This document shows positions 40,354 through 50,772 of a DNA stretch of 64,000 nucleotides, piece after piece (position 1 is the first letter of the stretch; each line of letters begins with the position of its first letter). This stretch comes from Escherichia coli. Its GTDB lineage: Bacteria; Pseudomonadota; Gammaproteobacteria; Enterobacterales; Enterobacteriaceae. A model generated the notes under the pieces. That model was not told where the DNA came from. It searched no databases and saw only the letters and a list, made by a program, of their open reading frames with translations. Position numbers and translations under genes: made by a program. The stretch lies in NCBI RefSeq assembly GCF_003790525.1, contig NZ_CP033635.1. One strand, 5' to 3'.

Positions 40354-41169
40354 CTAAAGAGTGTAGCGGATTTTAACGTGCTTATTTACAGGATAATATC
40401 TGTCACCTAACTCCTGCACTCTATTAGATATCCATTCATTTAATCGCGCATCATCTCTGTATGTTTTTACGTCCAGAACAGAGAGCAATAACCTCACCAG
40501 TGATTCAGGAAAAACAGGGTAGATATTTTTTAAGTGTAATAATAATCCATGCGCAAGCGCCTGCTTAATGGGCGCGTCGGTCTCCGGGATAGACGACATT
40601 TCGCGAAGCCATTTTTCCACATGCATACACTCTTTCCCTTTAGGGAAAAGTCTCAGCAAAGGCATATGGTGTTCAAGAAGAATACATTTGCAATCTGTTC
40701 GCACTGAATCGATAAACTGCTCTAATTTCTTAAGCCCGGTAAAGCGTCCAGCCTGCACATTTGCTTTAATATCAAGAAACGCATCATCCTGGTCATATAC
40801 CCAAACTGTCCCTTTTTGATTTTCAAGTATGCGAAAAACAAACTTAACCGGGTGATCAGGGTAATCCATCCAGTCATAAAACCCAGGGAAATCATTAAAC
40901 TGCACATTTATGGTGAGTGCGTTATCGTCTGACCACTCACAGTCTCGTACGGCAGCCATGAGATGAATGAGTTTGTCGTCATCGACTAAATCATCACGAC
41001 AATCATAAGGATAATCATAATATTGTTTAATCAAAACCTTGAATATATCGACACAGGAGACCAGGGAGCTTTTGATATCCTCTGATAACTGATTGTTTTT
41101 AACAGTATTAAGTATGCTTTGTTGCGTATATGGCATCAAATTATTGTGCGGAGCTTTTAATGATATCAT
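40354..41169 (-). CDS. yahL: uncharacterized 271-aa protein in AT-rich segment
   Basis: Long ORF with no recognisable motifs; low GC relative to neighbours. Confidence 0.7.
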   Translation of the reverse strand: MISLKAPHNNLMPYTQQSILNTVKNNQLSEDIKSSLVSCVDIFKVLIKQYYDYPYDCRDDLVDDDKLIHLMAAVRDCEWSDDNALTINVQFNDFPGFYDWMDYPDHPVKFVFRILENQKGTVWVYDQDDAFLDIKANVQAGRFTGLKKLEQFIDSVRTDCKCILLEHHMPLLRLFPKGKECMHVEKWLREMSSIPETDAPIKQALAHGLLLHLKNIYPVFPESLVRLLLSVLDVKTYRDDARLNEWISNRVQELGDRYYPVNKHVKIRYTL

Positions 41170-41411
41170 CGCGATCTCTCTTAAATAAAAATAAACGTCG
41201 CAGATAATAAAGCCCTGATTAAACCAGGCACTATCAGAAATCGCTCATAACTAACGTGTGAAGTATTGTGTACTGGAGGGAGTTAATTTAACAATTTGAA
41301 TTTACGTTATAGGTTTTACTGCTACTTTGATATTATTTCGCTCTCCTTAACTAAAAAGTTAAGTGGAGAGCGAAGTTAATATGTTAAACCACAGGATATT
41401 TATTAATTGTT

Positions 41412-42461
41412 TCAGTCTGTTAGTGTGCGATTATCGATAACAAAACGATATTTCACATCACCTCGCAGCATTCGCTCATAGGCTTCATTAATTTGATCGG
41501 CCCGAATCATCTCTATATCAGCCACGATGTCATGTTCGGCGCAAAAATCGAGCATCTCCTGTGTTTCTGGAATGCCGCCAATCATAGAGCCGGCTATCGC
41601 ACGGCGTTTCATGATCAGGTTGAAAACTTCCGGTGATTTATGCGGTGTCGCAGGCGCACCAACCAGCGTCATGGTGCCATCACGCTTCAGCAAGGTGGTA
41701 AAATCGTCGAGATTATGTGGCGCAGCTACTGTATTCAAAATGAAATCGAAACTCTTGAGATGAGCCGCCATCTCATCGGCATTGCGTGAGTTAACAACTT
41801 CATCGGCCCCCAGGGCTTTTGCCGCTTCGCGTTTTGCCTCAGAAGTGGTAAATGCCACCACATGCGCCCCCATCGCGTGGGCCAGCTTAATCCCCATATG
41901 TCCCAGACCGCCGATGCCGACCACGCCCACTTTTTTTCCCGGCCCGGCCTGCCAGTGACGTAGCGGCGAATACGTGGTGATCCCTGCACACAACAAAGGT
42001 GCCACCGCCGCCAGCTGCTCTTGCGGGTGACGAATACGCAGAACATATCGCTCATGAACGACGATCTGTTGTGAGTAGCCGCCCAGAGTATGGCCCGGTT
42101 CGTCCGGCGTCGGCGAGTTATAGGTGCCGGTCATGTGATCACAGTAGTTTTCCAGCCCGTCTTCACACTCTTCGCAATGTTTACAACTGTCGACAATGCA
42201 GCCGACACCGACCAGATCGCCCGGCGCATGTTTTTCTACCTGATCACCAACGGCTACCACACGCCCCACAATTTCATGACCCGGCACACAGGGGTAAACC
42301 GTCCCCGCCCACTCGGAACGGACCTGGTGGATATCGGAATGGCAGACGCCACAGTAAGCGATTTCGATTTTGACATCATGCGGTCCCGGTTCACGCCGGG
42401 TGATATCCATCGGTTCCAGCGGTTGTTTAGCGGAATATGCACCAACAGCTTTGATCTTCAT
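41412..42461 (-). CDS. yahK: Zn-dependent NADPH aldehyde reductase (MDR/cinnamyl-ADH family)
   Basis: 349 aa; GHEIVG, CxxCxxCxxxxxxxC structural-Zn motif (CKHCEECEDGLENYC), GIGGLG Rossmann motif. Confidence 0.9.
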   Translation of the reverse strand: MKIKAVGAYSAKQPLEPMDITRREPGPHDVKIEIAYCGVCHSDIHQVRSEWAGTVYPCVPGHEIVGRVVAVGDQVEKHAPGDLVGVGCIVDSCKHCEECEDGLENYCDHMTGTYNSPTPDEPGHTLGGYSQQIVVHERYVLRIRHPQEQLAAVAPLLCAGITTYSPLRHWQAGPGKKVGVVGIGGLGHMGIKLAHAMGAHVVAFTTSEAKREAAKALGADEVVNSRNADEMAAHLKSFDFILNTVAAPHNLDDFTTLLKRDGTMTLVGAPATPHKSPEVFNLIMKRRAIAGSMIGGIPETQEMLDFCAEHDIVADIEMIRADQINEAYERMLRGDVKYRFVIDNRTLTD

Positions 42462-42731
42462 TGTGTTTACTCCTGATTAGCTATGTGTATTTGGCGATGC
42501 CTGATATGTCATCGCGGCAAAACGCGTCCATTGAATATAGCCAATATTTAAACCACCCGATCCAGCCCCAACATGCCGCGAGCCTGAATGAAACAGAGCA
42601 GCAACGTTCCCCATAAGGCGAGCGCCTATAAGTGTGATATTTGCTATCCGTAAAAGACAAAAATCGGCAAAACTGATGATATTTTCACGTAGACAAATAG
42701 TTATCTACACAACGTTGGTAATGACTCCAAC

Positions 42732-43235
42732 TTATTGATAGTGTTTTATGTTCAGATAATGCCCGATGACTTTGTCATGCAGCTCCACCGATTTTGAGAA
42801 CGACAGCGACTTCCGTCCCAGCCGTGCCAGGTGCTGCCTCAGATTCAGGTTATGCCGCTCAATTCGCTGCGTATATCGCTTGCTGATTACGTGCAGCTTT
42901 CCCTTCAGGCGGGATTCATACAGCGGCCAGCCATCCGTCATCCATATCACCACGTCAAAGGGTGACAGCAGGCTCATAAGACGCCCCAGCGTCGCCATCG
43001 TGCGTTCACCGAATACGTGCGCAACAACCGTCTTCCGGAGCCTGTCATACGCGTAAAACAGCCAGCGCTGGCGCGATTTAGCCCCGACATAGCCCCACTG
43101 TTCGTCCATTTCCGCACAGACGATGACGTCACTGCCCGGCTGTATGCGCGAGGTTACCGACTGCGGCCTGAGTTTTTTAAGTGACGTAAAATCGTGTTGA
43201 GGCCAACGCCCATAATGCGGGCTGTTGCCCGGCAT
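42732..43235 (-). CDS. insB: IS1 transposase InsB
   Basis: 167 aa [26 protein letters not shown]... Confidence 0.9.
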
Positions 43236-43429
43236 CCAACGCCATTCATGGCCATATCAATGATTTTCTGGTGCGTACCGGGTTGAGAAGCGGTGTAAGT
43301 GAACTGCAGTTGCCATGTTTTACGGCAGTGAGAGCAGAGATAGCGCTGATGTCCGGCGGTGCTTTTGCCGTTACGCACCACCCCGTCAGTAGCTGAACAG
43401 GAGGGACAGCTGATAGAAACAGAAGCCAC
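43154..43429 (-). CDS. insA: IS1 InsA
   Basis: 91 aa [43 protein letters not shown]; overlaps insB in the -1 frame. Confidence 0.9.
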
Positions 43430-43614
43430 TGGAGCACCTCAAAAACACCATCATACACTAAATCAGTAAGTTGGCAGCATCACCCACAACGTCAATAAGG
43501 GCATATTCTTCAAAGATAATGTCCATTTCTGCCGACACACTCATACTCAGGCCGCCCCACTCCCTGGGGCTTAAATCTCTTACTGTTCACCGTTGCAGAT
43601 ATATCAAGTTCGTA

Positions 43615-44997
43615 TCAACCTGCCACACTCCCCCACACCAGTTGCCCTTTATGGAACGTTGCGGTTCTCGGCGAGATACGCGCCACCGCCTCGGCGGAAC
43701 AGGAGGCGTCCACCAGCACAAAGCTGGCGTCATCCTGCGCTTTGGGCCACACGCGCTCGCCTTTTTCGTTGAGCGGCAATACATCGCCAGTGGCTAAAAA
43801 CAGCGAACGGGACAAATTCTGTTCGTTAGGACGAATATAGAGCTGCGCGTAGAGATTGGCTTTTTCCAGCATGTCGCCCAGGCCGTAGGGAGACCAGTGG
43901 TCGATAACGCTGTCGGTGCCGGTCATGACTTTTACGCCTTTGTCGTGCAACTGTTTGAGCGGCATATGCAGCGTGTCAATCGGCACCGTCGAGGCGATAG
44001 AAATTTGCTGCGCCGCCATCCGGTGCGCCAGTTCATCTACCTGTTGTTCGTTGAGCGTTGCCAACGCAAAGGCGTGACTGATGGTCAGCTTGCCCTTCAG
44101 CTGTGGCGTTTTCTCTACCGTTTCAACCATATAATTGATGGCTGCCACGCCCGACGGAGTGGTTTCGTGCAGGTGAATATCGACGCCTTTGTCGTAGTCC
44201 AGCGCAATCTGGAACATGGTGTCGAGGGATTTTTCCATCGCGCCATCAACACTGGTCGGGTCCAGCCCGCCGACGTAATGCGCCCCCGCCTGCATCGCTT
44301 CGCGCATTAAGGCTTCCGATTTCGACAGCAGCAAACCGTGCTGCGGGAAGGCGACAATTTCACACTCGAAGCCCGCCTGACGTCGCGCCAGCACCGCCTG
44401 CAAATTTTGCAGATTTTTCAGGCCGGAAACCGGTTCGATATTGCAATGGCTGCGGGCAATGGTGGTGCCTTTCGACTGCAATAAATCGATCAGTTTTTCC
44501 ACCCGTTCCTGCGTGTACGGTTGCAGTTCCGGCAGCATTTTCTGCTCGAGTTTGATCATGTCCTGGATAGTGGTGCCTGCCGGACGATTGAGCGAGCGCC
44601 ACGGCCCGCCGTAGAAGGTTTTGTCGAGATGAATATGCATGTCGCGGGTGGTGGGCAGCATCAGCTTACCGCCAGCGTCATAGTGCGGTAGCGTGGCGTC
44701 CGGATGCTGCTTGTTCTCGCGCAGGGCAACAATTTTACCGTCCTGAATCTCCACGGTCTGGCGCGCCGTGCGGGTCTGTACCGCCACGCCATTTTCGTAG
44801 TCAAAACCGGTTTCCAGCAGCACGTTATCGAGATAGTAATGCGGGTCAGTGATTTTCATGGTGTTGTTCGCTTCGCAGTTTAGGGTGCCAGCTACCCCCG
44901 CATGGGCGAGCGGCACTGAGGTACCAAACAGCGCGGCGGCGGTAACCATCTTACCGCTCTGGCTCAGAAATTCACGGCGGCTATTGTTTTCTTTCAT
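43615..44997 (-). CDS. yahJ: Tat-exported amidohydrolase, cytosine-deaminase-like
   Basis: 460 aa; twin-arginine signal SRREFLSQSGKMVTAAALFGTSVPLAHA; HIHLDK metal-binding motif paralleling CodA HIHLDT. Confidence 0.85.
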   Translation of the reverse strand: MKENNSRREFLSQSGKMVTAAALFGTSVPLAHAGVAGTLNCEANNTMKITDPHYYLDNVLLETGFDYENGVAVQTRTARQTVEIQDGKIVALRENKQHPDATLPHYDAGGKLMLPTTRDMHIHLDKTFYGGPWRSLNRPAGTTIQDMIKLEQKMLPELQPYTQERVEKLIDLLQSKGTTIARSHCNIEPVSGLKNLQNLQAVLARRQAGFECEIVAFPQHGLLLSKSEALMREAMQAGAHYVGGLDPTSVDGAMEKSLDTMFQIALDYDKGVDIHLHETTPSGVAAINYMVETVEKTPQLKGKLTISHAFALATLNEQQVDELAHRMAAQQISIASTVPIDTLHMPLKQLHDKGVKVMTGTDSVIDHWSPYGLGDMLEKANLYAQLYIRPNEQNLSRSLFLATGDVLPLNEKGERVWPKAQDDASFVLVDASCSAEAVARISPRTATFHKGQLVWGSVAG

Positions 44998-45006
44998 CTT
45001 ACGTCC

Positions 45007-45957
45007 TTAGGTTTTAATAATATGGGTGCCCGTTTCGCCGCGTAGCGCCGCAGGCAGGCATTCCGGCGTGGTGATAATCACTTCTTTACCGCCCTGCTCC
45101 AGGAACGTCAGGCTGGCGATGATTTTTGGCAACATGCTGCCGGGTGGGAAATGCCCTTCCTGCATATAGCGGGTCATGGTGGCAATATCCACCCGATCCA
45201 GCACCTGCTGCTGCGGTTTGCCAAAGTGAATACACACTTTTTCCACGCCAGTGGTGATCACCAGAATGTCGGCGTGAATTTCACGGGCCAATAGCGCGGT
45301 AGAGAGATCTTTGTCGATAACCGCGTCCACGCTTTGGTAATCCCCCGCTTCAGTACGCACTACCGGAATTCCACCGCCGCCCGCGCCAATCACCACAAAA
45401 CCTTGTTGGATCAGCGCCTTAATGGCAGGTGCTTCGACAATACGTTTCGGTTCCGGCGAGGCGACCACGCGGCGATAGCCCCGTCCGGCATCTTCAACAA
45501 AACGCCAGTCAGGGTTTGCCTTTTGTAGTTCGTCACGCTGGCTTTCACTAAAGAATGCGCCGATGGGCTTGGTGGGATGGGCAAACCCCGGATCGTTTTT
45601 ATCCACTTCCACCTGAGTCACCACGGTGACGGCTTTTTTCTCGCCGTGACGCGCCAGCCGGTTATTCAGCGCCTGCTGGATCAGATAGCCAATGCCGCCT
45701 TGCGTATCCGCCACACAGTTCGCCAGCGGCGTTAAGGGCAGCCCTTCGCGCTCGTGGGCAATCTCCGCGCGGCGTAAATCTAAACCGACCTGCGGTCCGT
45801 TGCCGTGGGTCAGCACAATGTCGTAATCGGAAGCCAGCATTTCCAGCACCGTATCGGCGACGGCCTTCACCGCCTCCGCCTGATGCTCAATCGACTGGCT
45901 GGCGTTATCTTTGATAATGCTGTTGCCACCAATGGCAACGACCACAAGTTCTTTCAT
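45007..45957 (-). CDS. yahI: carbamate kinase-like protein
   Basis: ORF 45007-46131 trimmed to MKELVVVAIGGNSI start (316 aa), amino-acid-kinase fold N-terminus. Confidence 0.85.
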   Translation of the reverse strand: MKELVVVAIGGNSIIKDNASQSIEHQAEAVKAVADTVLEMLASDYDIVLTHGNGPQVGLDLRRAEIAHEREGLPLTPLANCVADTQGGIGYLIQQALNNRLARHGEKKAVTVVTQVEVDKNDPGFAHPTKPIGAFFSESQRDELQKANPDWRFVEDAGRGYRRVVASPEPKRIVEAPAIKALIQQGFVVIGAGGGGIPVVRTEAGDYQSVDAVIDKDLSTALLAREIHADILVITTGVEKVCIHFGKPQQQVLDRVDIATMTRYMQEGHFPPGSMLPKIIASLTFLEQGGKEVIITTPECLPAALRGETGTHIIKT

Positions 45958-46051
45958 GTTGTTATGTCCGCTACAGAGGGTGATGGGGTTATGAGAGTGA
46001 GGTTGCCCTTCTCCCCAAAAGGGAGAAGGTATCGTAAGGTGCGTTTGCAGG

Positions 46052-47470
46052 TCAGACGCCGTAACGTTCGCACCAGCCAAGAATGGCTTTTTCGAAGCAG
46101 GCGAATGGTGGATGCACAATGCCCGCGCCAATCATGCCGACGCCCGCATCTTTATGGGCAATGGCGGTGTTGATCACCGGCAGAATGCCGCTGCTACCCA
46201 CGCGGGTGATGTCGATTGCCGACGGCACGCCCATAAAACCGAGCAGCGGAATGGTGACGTTGGGGTTTTCGCCGAGAGTGATTTCGCGCATCTGACGGGA
46301 GAAATCGATAGCCTCTTCCACCGTACCGCCCACCAGCGCGACGATTGCAGGCGCGGTCGCCATAGCAAATCCGCCAATGCCGTAGGTTTCGGTGATGGCG
46401 CTGTCGCCGATATCCAGCCCCGAATCTTCCGGCTTATAACCGGCAAACATCGGGCCGATCACCTGCTGCGCCGGACCGGTAAACCATTGCCCCGGTAATC
46501 CGCTGACCCGCAGACCGAACTCGACGCCGTTACGCGCCATGGTGGTCACCACAGTGCTGTATTCGATGCCGTGCGCCGCATCCATCGCCGCTTTACACAT
46601 CGCCATCCACGTCGGGCCGGAGAAGTAGTCACTGCTGGCGACAAACTCAAACACTTCGCGCTGTTGCTCGACGGAGTAGCCCGCCTGAATAATCCCCGGC
46701 GTCAGCGCCTGAATCAGCAGCGTCGTCCCGGCGTTATTGCGGTTATGGCACTCATCGCCCATATGCAGCGCCTGCGCCAGCATTAAGCGCAGATCGATTT
46801 CGCCGATAATTTTCATCGCGTCGCGCAGCATGGGTCCCTGCACATCGCGCATCCAGTTGAGGCGGTCGATCACGCTCTGGTCGTTAGCGCCCATACGCAA
46901 AATCTTCGCCATCTGCTCGCTCATGTTGGTATAAGCGATGTTGCCATAGGTTTTGTTTTTCACGATGTGCATAAACATCGAGGCCGAGGTAACACCCGCC
47001 ATCGATCCCACACAGTCATGTTCGTGGCACGGCGAGAAAGTGATCTCACCGGAAGCCGCCAGTTCAGCCGCCTCGTCGAGATCTTTCGCCAGTCCTTCAA
47101 ACACCAGCGCTCCGGTGACCGCGCCTTTCATCGCGCCGCACATTTTTTCCCAGGTGACCGGCGGCCCGGCGTGAAGAATGGTTTTCGGCGTCATGCCCGG
47201 CACCACGTTAATCGCCTGATCAAAACCAATCAGCACCGGATGTGACTGAATAATGCGCTCCGGCGCCTGCTGATTCGCGGCGGCGATTTTGTCTGCCAGC
47301 GGCGAATCAGCAATGTTATCCAGCGCCTGCACCACCTGCATATTGCCCTGCCCCGGCGGCGTCCAGTCGAGTTGAGTCACTTCTACATGCTGCTTTTTCA
47401 GGTCATCGCTAAACATGGCGATGCCGACGTTAATAACGTTCAATGGTTGGCTAAACAGTGACTGGCTCAT
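46052..47470 (-). CDS. yahG: DUF1116-family protein (YlbE paralogue)
   Basis: 472-aa ORF immediately downstream of yahF. Confidence 0.8.
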   Translation of the reverse strand: MSQSLFSQPLNVINVGIAMFSDDLKKQHVEVTQLDWTPPGQGNMQVVQALDNIADSPLADKIAAANQQAPERIIQSHPVLIGFDQAINVVPGMTPKTILHAGPPVTWEKMCGAMKGAVTGALVFEGLAKDLDEAAELAASGEITFSPCHEHDCVGSMAGVTSASMFMHIVKNKTYGNIAYTNMSEQMAKILRMGANDQSVIDRLNWMRDVQGPMLRDAMKIIGEIDLRLMLAQALHMGDECHNRNNAGTTLLIQALTPGIIQAGYSVEQQREVFEFVASSDYFSGPTWMAMCKAAMDAAHGIEYSTVVTTMARNGVEFGLRVSGLPGQWFTGPAQQVIGPMFAGYKPEDSGLDIGDSAITETYGIGGFAMATAPAIVALVGGTVEEAIDFSRQMREITLGENPNVTIPLLGFMGVPSAIDITRVGSSGILPVINTAIAHKDAGVGMIGAGIVHPPFACFEKAILGWCERYGV

Positions 47471-49017
47471 CAGGCTTCCTCCCCTTTGCAGATAAATTCA
47501 CGCGCCAGCAATCCGGTATTGGTGCTGCTGCTCGCCAGAATCACTCCGGCATCAAGCAGCATCTGGCTTTGTTGTTCTAATGATGGCGTATCAAGATCGG
47601 TACCCAGCACATAGGCGAGAATGATCAACTCACGTCCTTCGGCAGCGGCGATCGCTTTCGCCTCTTTGATCGCCTCGATGGTGGAACCGACCGGATCTTC
47701 ATGCGATCCAAACCCGAGCACAAAATCCATCACGATCAACGCCACTTCTGGATCGCGCGCCTCTTCGATCAAGCGGCTGATACGGTTGGTGGGGTCAATC
47801 ATTGGATGCGGCTTGCCGTTGGTAAAATCGTCATCGCCAAAGTCGAGGAAGGTATGTTTGACGCTGCGGTTGATATCTTTCAGGCGGAATTCAGGATCGG
47901 GCTGGATGTTGCTGTAGACATCGCCGTGTTTTTCCATCACCGCGAACATGGTTTCGTCACACAGCGTACCTCCGCAGAACAGGCCACGAATGTATTTCTG
48001 TTGCGGCTTCAGGCGAGCGCGCACGTCAGCAATCAATGGCTGGTTCAGGGTATGCAGATCGAGATGTTCCTGTTTCACGCCGGAGAGCATTACCGCTTTC
48101 AGCGCCGCCTCTTTGCTGCCGCGAGCAAACTGTAGCCCTTGCTCATCCACTGGCGTTTCGCCACGACCGAGGAAGCAGACCACCACCGGCTTGCGGCAGG
48201 CACGTGCGCGTTCCAGCACTTTGCGGGCCACCGCAGGCGCAGGCGGTTTGGAGATAAGCACAATGATTTCAGTTTGCGGATCGTTTTCCAGCATCCCGAT
48301 GGCGTCGAACATCATCAGGCCGCCGATTTTCTCGCTCAGGTCGCGCCCACCGGTGCCAATCAGTTGCGAAACGCCGCCGCCAAATTCATGGATACGGACG
48401 CTCAGTTCCTGGCTACCGGTGCCGGATGCGCCAACAATACCGATGTTGCCGCGACGCACGGCGTTACCAAAGCAGAGCGCCGCGCCGTTGATAATCGCCG
48501 TGCCGCAGTCTGGCCCCATCAGCAGCAGCCCTTTTTCATGGGCCAACTGTTTGAGCGCCAGTTCATCTTCAACCGAGACGTTATCGGAAAACAGCATCAC
48601 GTTAAGATCATTTTGCAGCGCCTGACGCGCTTCGCGAGCGGCAAACAGACCGTTGACCGAAATCACTGCCAGGTTACTTTCCGGGATATGCTTTTTGGCG
48701 CTGGCAATAGTGGCGTAACGCGCCTCGTGCGAGCCGCTTTGCGCTTTGGTGTTGAACAGTTCTTCAATCTCCACCAGCAACTGCTCGTTGTCTGCGCCCG
48801 CTTTGCCGTTGATGACAATCATCAGGTCGCCGTTTTTCGCCTGCTCCAGCTCCGGCGTCAGCAGCCCTAAATTCTTCAGCACGCCTTTGTTCATTTCGGT
48901 CGCCATCGCCACAAATGCCTGCTCGACGCCGTCGAGTTTATTTGCACGTGTGGAGATAGACATCAGCGAGACAGAATCAAAATAGGTATTCGGTTTAATG
49001 ACTATTTTAACTGACAT
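47470..49017 (-). CDS. yahF: FdrA-like protein with succinyl-CoA-synthetase-alpha-like CoA-binding domains
   Basis: 515 aa MSVKIVIKPNTYFDSVSLMSIS; glycine-rich IGIVGASGTGSQE segment. Confidence 0.8.
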   Translation of the reverse strand: MSVKIVIKPNTYFDSVSLMSISTRANKLDGVEQAFVAMATEMNKGVLKNLGLLTPELEQAKNGDLMIVINGKAGADNEQLLVEIEELFNTKAQSGSHEARYATIASAKKHIPESNLAVISVNGLFAAREARQALQNDLNVMLFSDNVSVEDELALKQLAHEKGLLLMGPDCGTAIINGAALCFGNAVRRGNIGIVGASGTGSQELSVRIHEFGGGVSQLIGTGGRDLSEKIGGLMMFDAIGMLENDPQTEIIVLISKPPAPAVARKVLERARACRKPVVVCFLGRGETPVDEQGLQFARGSKEAALKAVMLSGVKQEHLDLHTLNQPLIADVRARLKPQQKYIRGLFCGGTLCDETMFAVMEKHGDVYSNIQPDPEFRLKDINRSVKHTFLDFGDDDFTNGKPHPMIDPTNRISRLIEEARDPEVALIVMDFVLGFGSHEDPVGSTIEAIKEAKAIAAAEGRELIILAYVLGTDLDTPSLEQQSQMLLDAGVILASSSTNTGLLAREFICKGEEA

Positions 49018-49870
49018 AATTCCCTCCGTAGGTTTGGCTCAGCGCACAACCATCGGCCATGCCATACAGCATGTCGCAGCCGGAACTGGAGCCAATATGT
49101 TTAATTTTTTCTATTGCCTGAGTTGCGTTCCCAGGGATGTCATAAATAATGTTATGAATAAAACGATGAATATTTTCCCGGCAGCGTTGTTGTAATGCGG
49201 CTTCCAGCGTTATGGCACTTAATAACGTGGTATTATTTCTGCCGCGTTGCAGACCGAGATAAAATTCCTCTTTGTATTTTTCCGCCGGATGTCCGGAAAT
49301 AAATAAAACAAGCGCCAGACCTGTTAAATAATCGTCGGCTGATGGCGTAAGGCCAATCCCTAAGCCCATCATACTGGCGACTGCTGAGGCGATATTTTGT
49401 TTATCGTTTACGGCCTGAATAACTGCCCGTCGTTTAATATGTAATTCTTTATTTAACGCCTGATAAAACGGACTATCGCCGCGATAATTAAACAGGGTTT
49501 CATTTTCCCCCAGGTGCTGATGAATTATGTCGTGCCACTGTTGCCAGGCGATAAAGTGAAAATTCACAGCGGTCATTTGCAAGGTTGGGGACAGCCAAAG
49601 CCGACAACGACTCATCTCTATATGAAGATGTTGACCAACCGTAATGCCTTGATCGTCAAACTGAACCTTATCACCATGCCGGAACAGACCATCAAAGTGA
49701 GTGAGTGCCAACCGACAACTGTTTGGCGCATTGTCGTACTCTTCACAAAGCAGCGTTAGCAACTGCTGGCGAGCCGGGAGTGCGATATTTACCGCTCTGG
49801 CAAAGAGCTGTTCAACCTGTCCTTGCCCCCGCTGCGCCAGAAAATCCGCATCCGCAGTTAGCGCCCACAC
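49007..49870 (-). CDS. yahE: DUF2877-family protein (YlbF paralogue)
   Basis: 287-aa ORF overlapping yahF start by 11 nt. Confidence 0.75.
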   Translation of the reverse strand: MWALTADADFLAQRGQGQVEQLFARAVNIALPARQQLLTLLCEEYDNAPNSCRLALTHFDGLFRHGDKVQFDDQGITVGQHLHIEMSRCRLWLSPTLQMTAVNFHFIAWQQWHDIIHQHLGENETLFNYRGDSPFYQALNKELHIKRRAVIQAVNDKQNIASAVASMMGLGIGLTPSADDYLTGLALVLFISGHPAEKYKEEFYLGLQRGRNNTTLLSAITLEAALQQRCRENIHRFIHNIIYDIPGNATQAIEKIKHIGSSSGCDMLYGMADGCALSQTYGGNYVS

Positions 49871-49909
49871 ACACCGTCTTTCTGGTGTGTTGATAGCAAG
49901 CCTCCCGGT

Positions 49910-50515
49910 TTATGCGCCTGCGGCAATCAGTAACTGCGCAATCTCTTCAAAGCCTCGTTCCCGCGCCAGTTCCAGCGGCGTTTTGCCATATTTATCCGTC
50001 ATGTGCGGGCTGGCACCGTGTTCCAGCAATAACTGGACAATCGCCTGCTGTTTAATCCCGCCATCATTAAGCACAATTGCTTCCAGTAGCGGCGTCCAGC
50101 CAACATGGTTGGTCTGGTTAACGTTAATCTCCGTATGCGCCAAAAGCTCTTTTACAATACTTAAATGGCCTTTTTCACAGGCAGGCGTCAGGCCGACACC
50201 GCCAAAACGGGTTACGCAATTAAGATCGGGTTTAGCCGGTAAAATAATCCGTAACAGGGTTAAATCGCCGGTCAGGCAGCTAATTAAAAAAGGATTTGAA
50301 CATATCTGATCTTGCTTATTAATATCCGCTCCGGCGTCAATTAATGCCTGAACGCAAGCATATTGCTGATATAAACTTGCCAGCGTAATTGCCGTTTTCC
50401 CCTGACGATCGCAGGTATTAATATCGACACCCAGCGCAAGGCAGGTTTTTACTTTATCGATATCACCCTGTTGCGCAGCCAATAAATAGTCGGCAGGTAG
50501 ATTTTTTATAGTCAT
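49910..50515 (-). CDS. yahD: ankyrin-repeat protein
   Basis: 201 aa; repeated ankyrin-like units GxTPLxxAxxxGHxxxVxxLLxxGA (e.g. GKTAITLASLYQQYACVQALIDAGADIN). Confidence 0.8.
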   Translation of the reverse strand: MTIKNLPADYLLAAQQGDIDKVKTCLALGVDINTCDRQGKTAITLASLYQQYACVQALIDAGADINKQDQICSNPFLISCLTGDLTLLRIILPAKPDLNCVTRFGGVGLTPACEKGHLSIVKELLAHTEINVNQTNHVGWTPLLEAIVLNDGGIKQQAIVQLLLEHGASPHMTDKYGKTPLELARERGFEEIAQLLIAAGA

Positions 50516-50772
50516 TCACATTCCCCTGGTTTTTGTGGCTGTTTTCGATGAATTGAGAATAGCAACGATAATCTGATAAAAGAACCCGCTTAAATTTAAT
50601 TCGCCGTATTTCGCCTTTTTGTTGAATGATGTTCAACAATCTTTTCGCAGTGTGCGGTAATGCAATATTTGTTTCTTTGACCCGATACCCTTTCACTCAA
50701 TCAGGTTTTATTTCTCTATAGTCTGCACATGTAAGAGTAGCTTTCGTCCATGTCTAACCAGAGGGGAACAAG

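Larger units (their letters stand above)
42717..43484 (-). mobile_element. IS1 insertion sequence, complete 768 bp
   Basis: Terminal inverted repeats ggtaatgactccaacttattgat (42717-42739) and atcagtaagttggcagcatcacc (43462-43484); flanking direct repeat cacaacgtt / cacaacgtc (8 of 9 identical) at 42708-42716 and 43485-43493. Confidence 0.95.

Noticed and set aside
42717-43484. IS1 as one arm of a composite transposon or genomic island boundary
   Set aside because: Only one IS1 copy is in the window, gene order on both sides is the normal yahK / yahJ synteny, and a near-perfect target-site duplication indicates a simple insertion.
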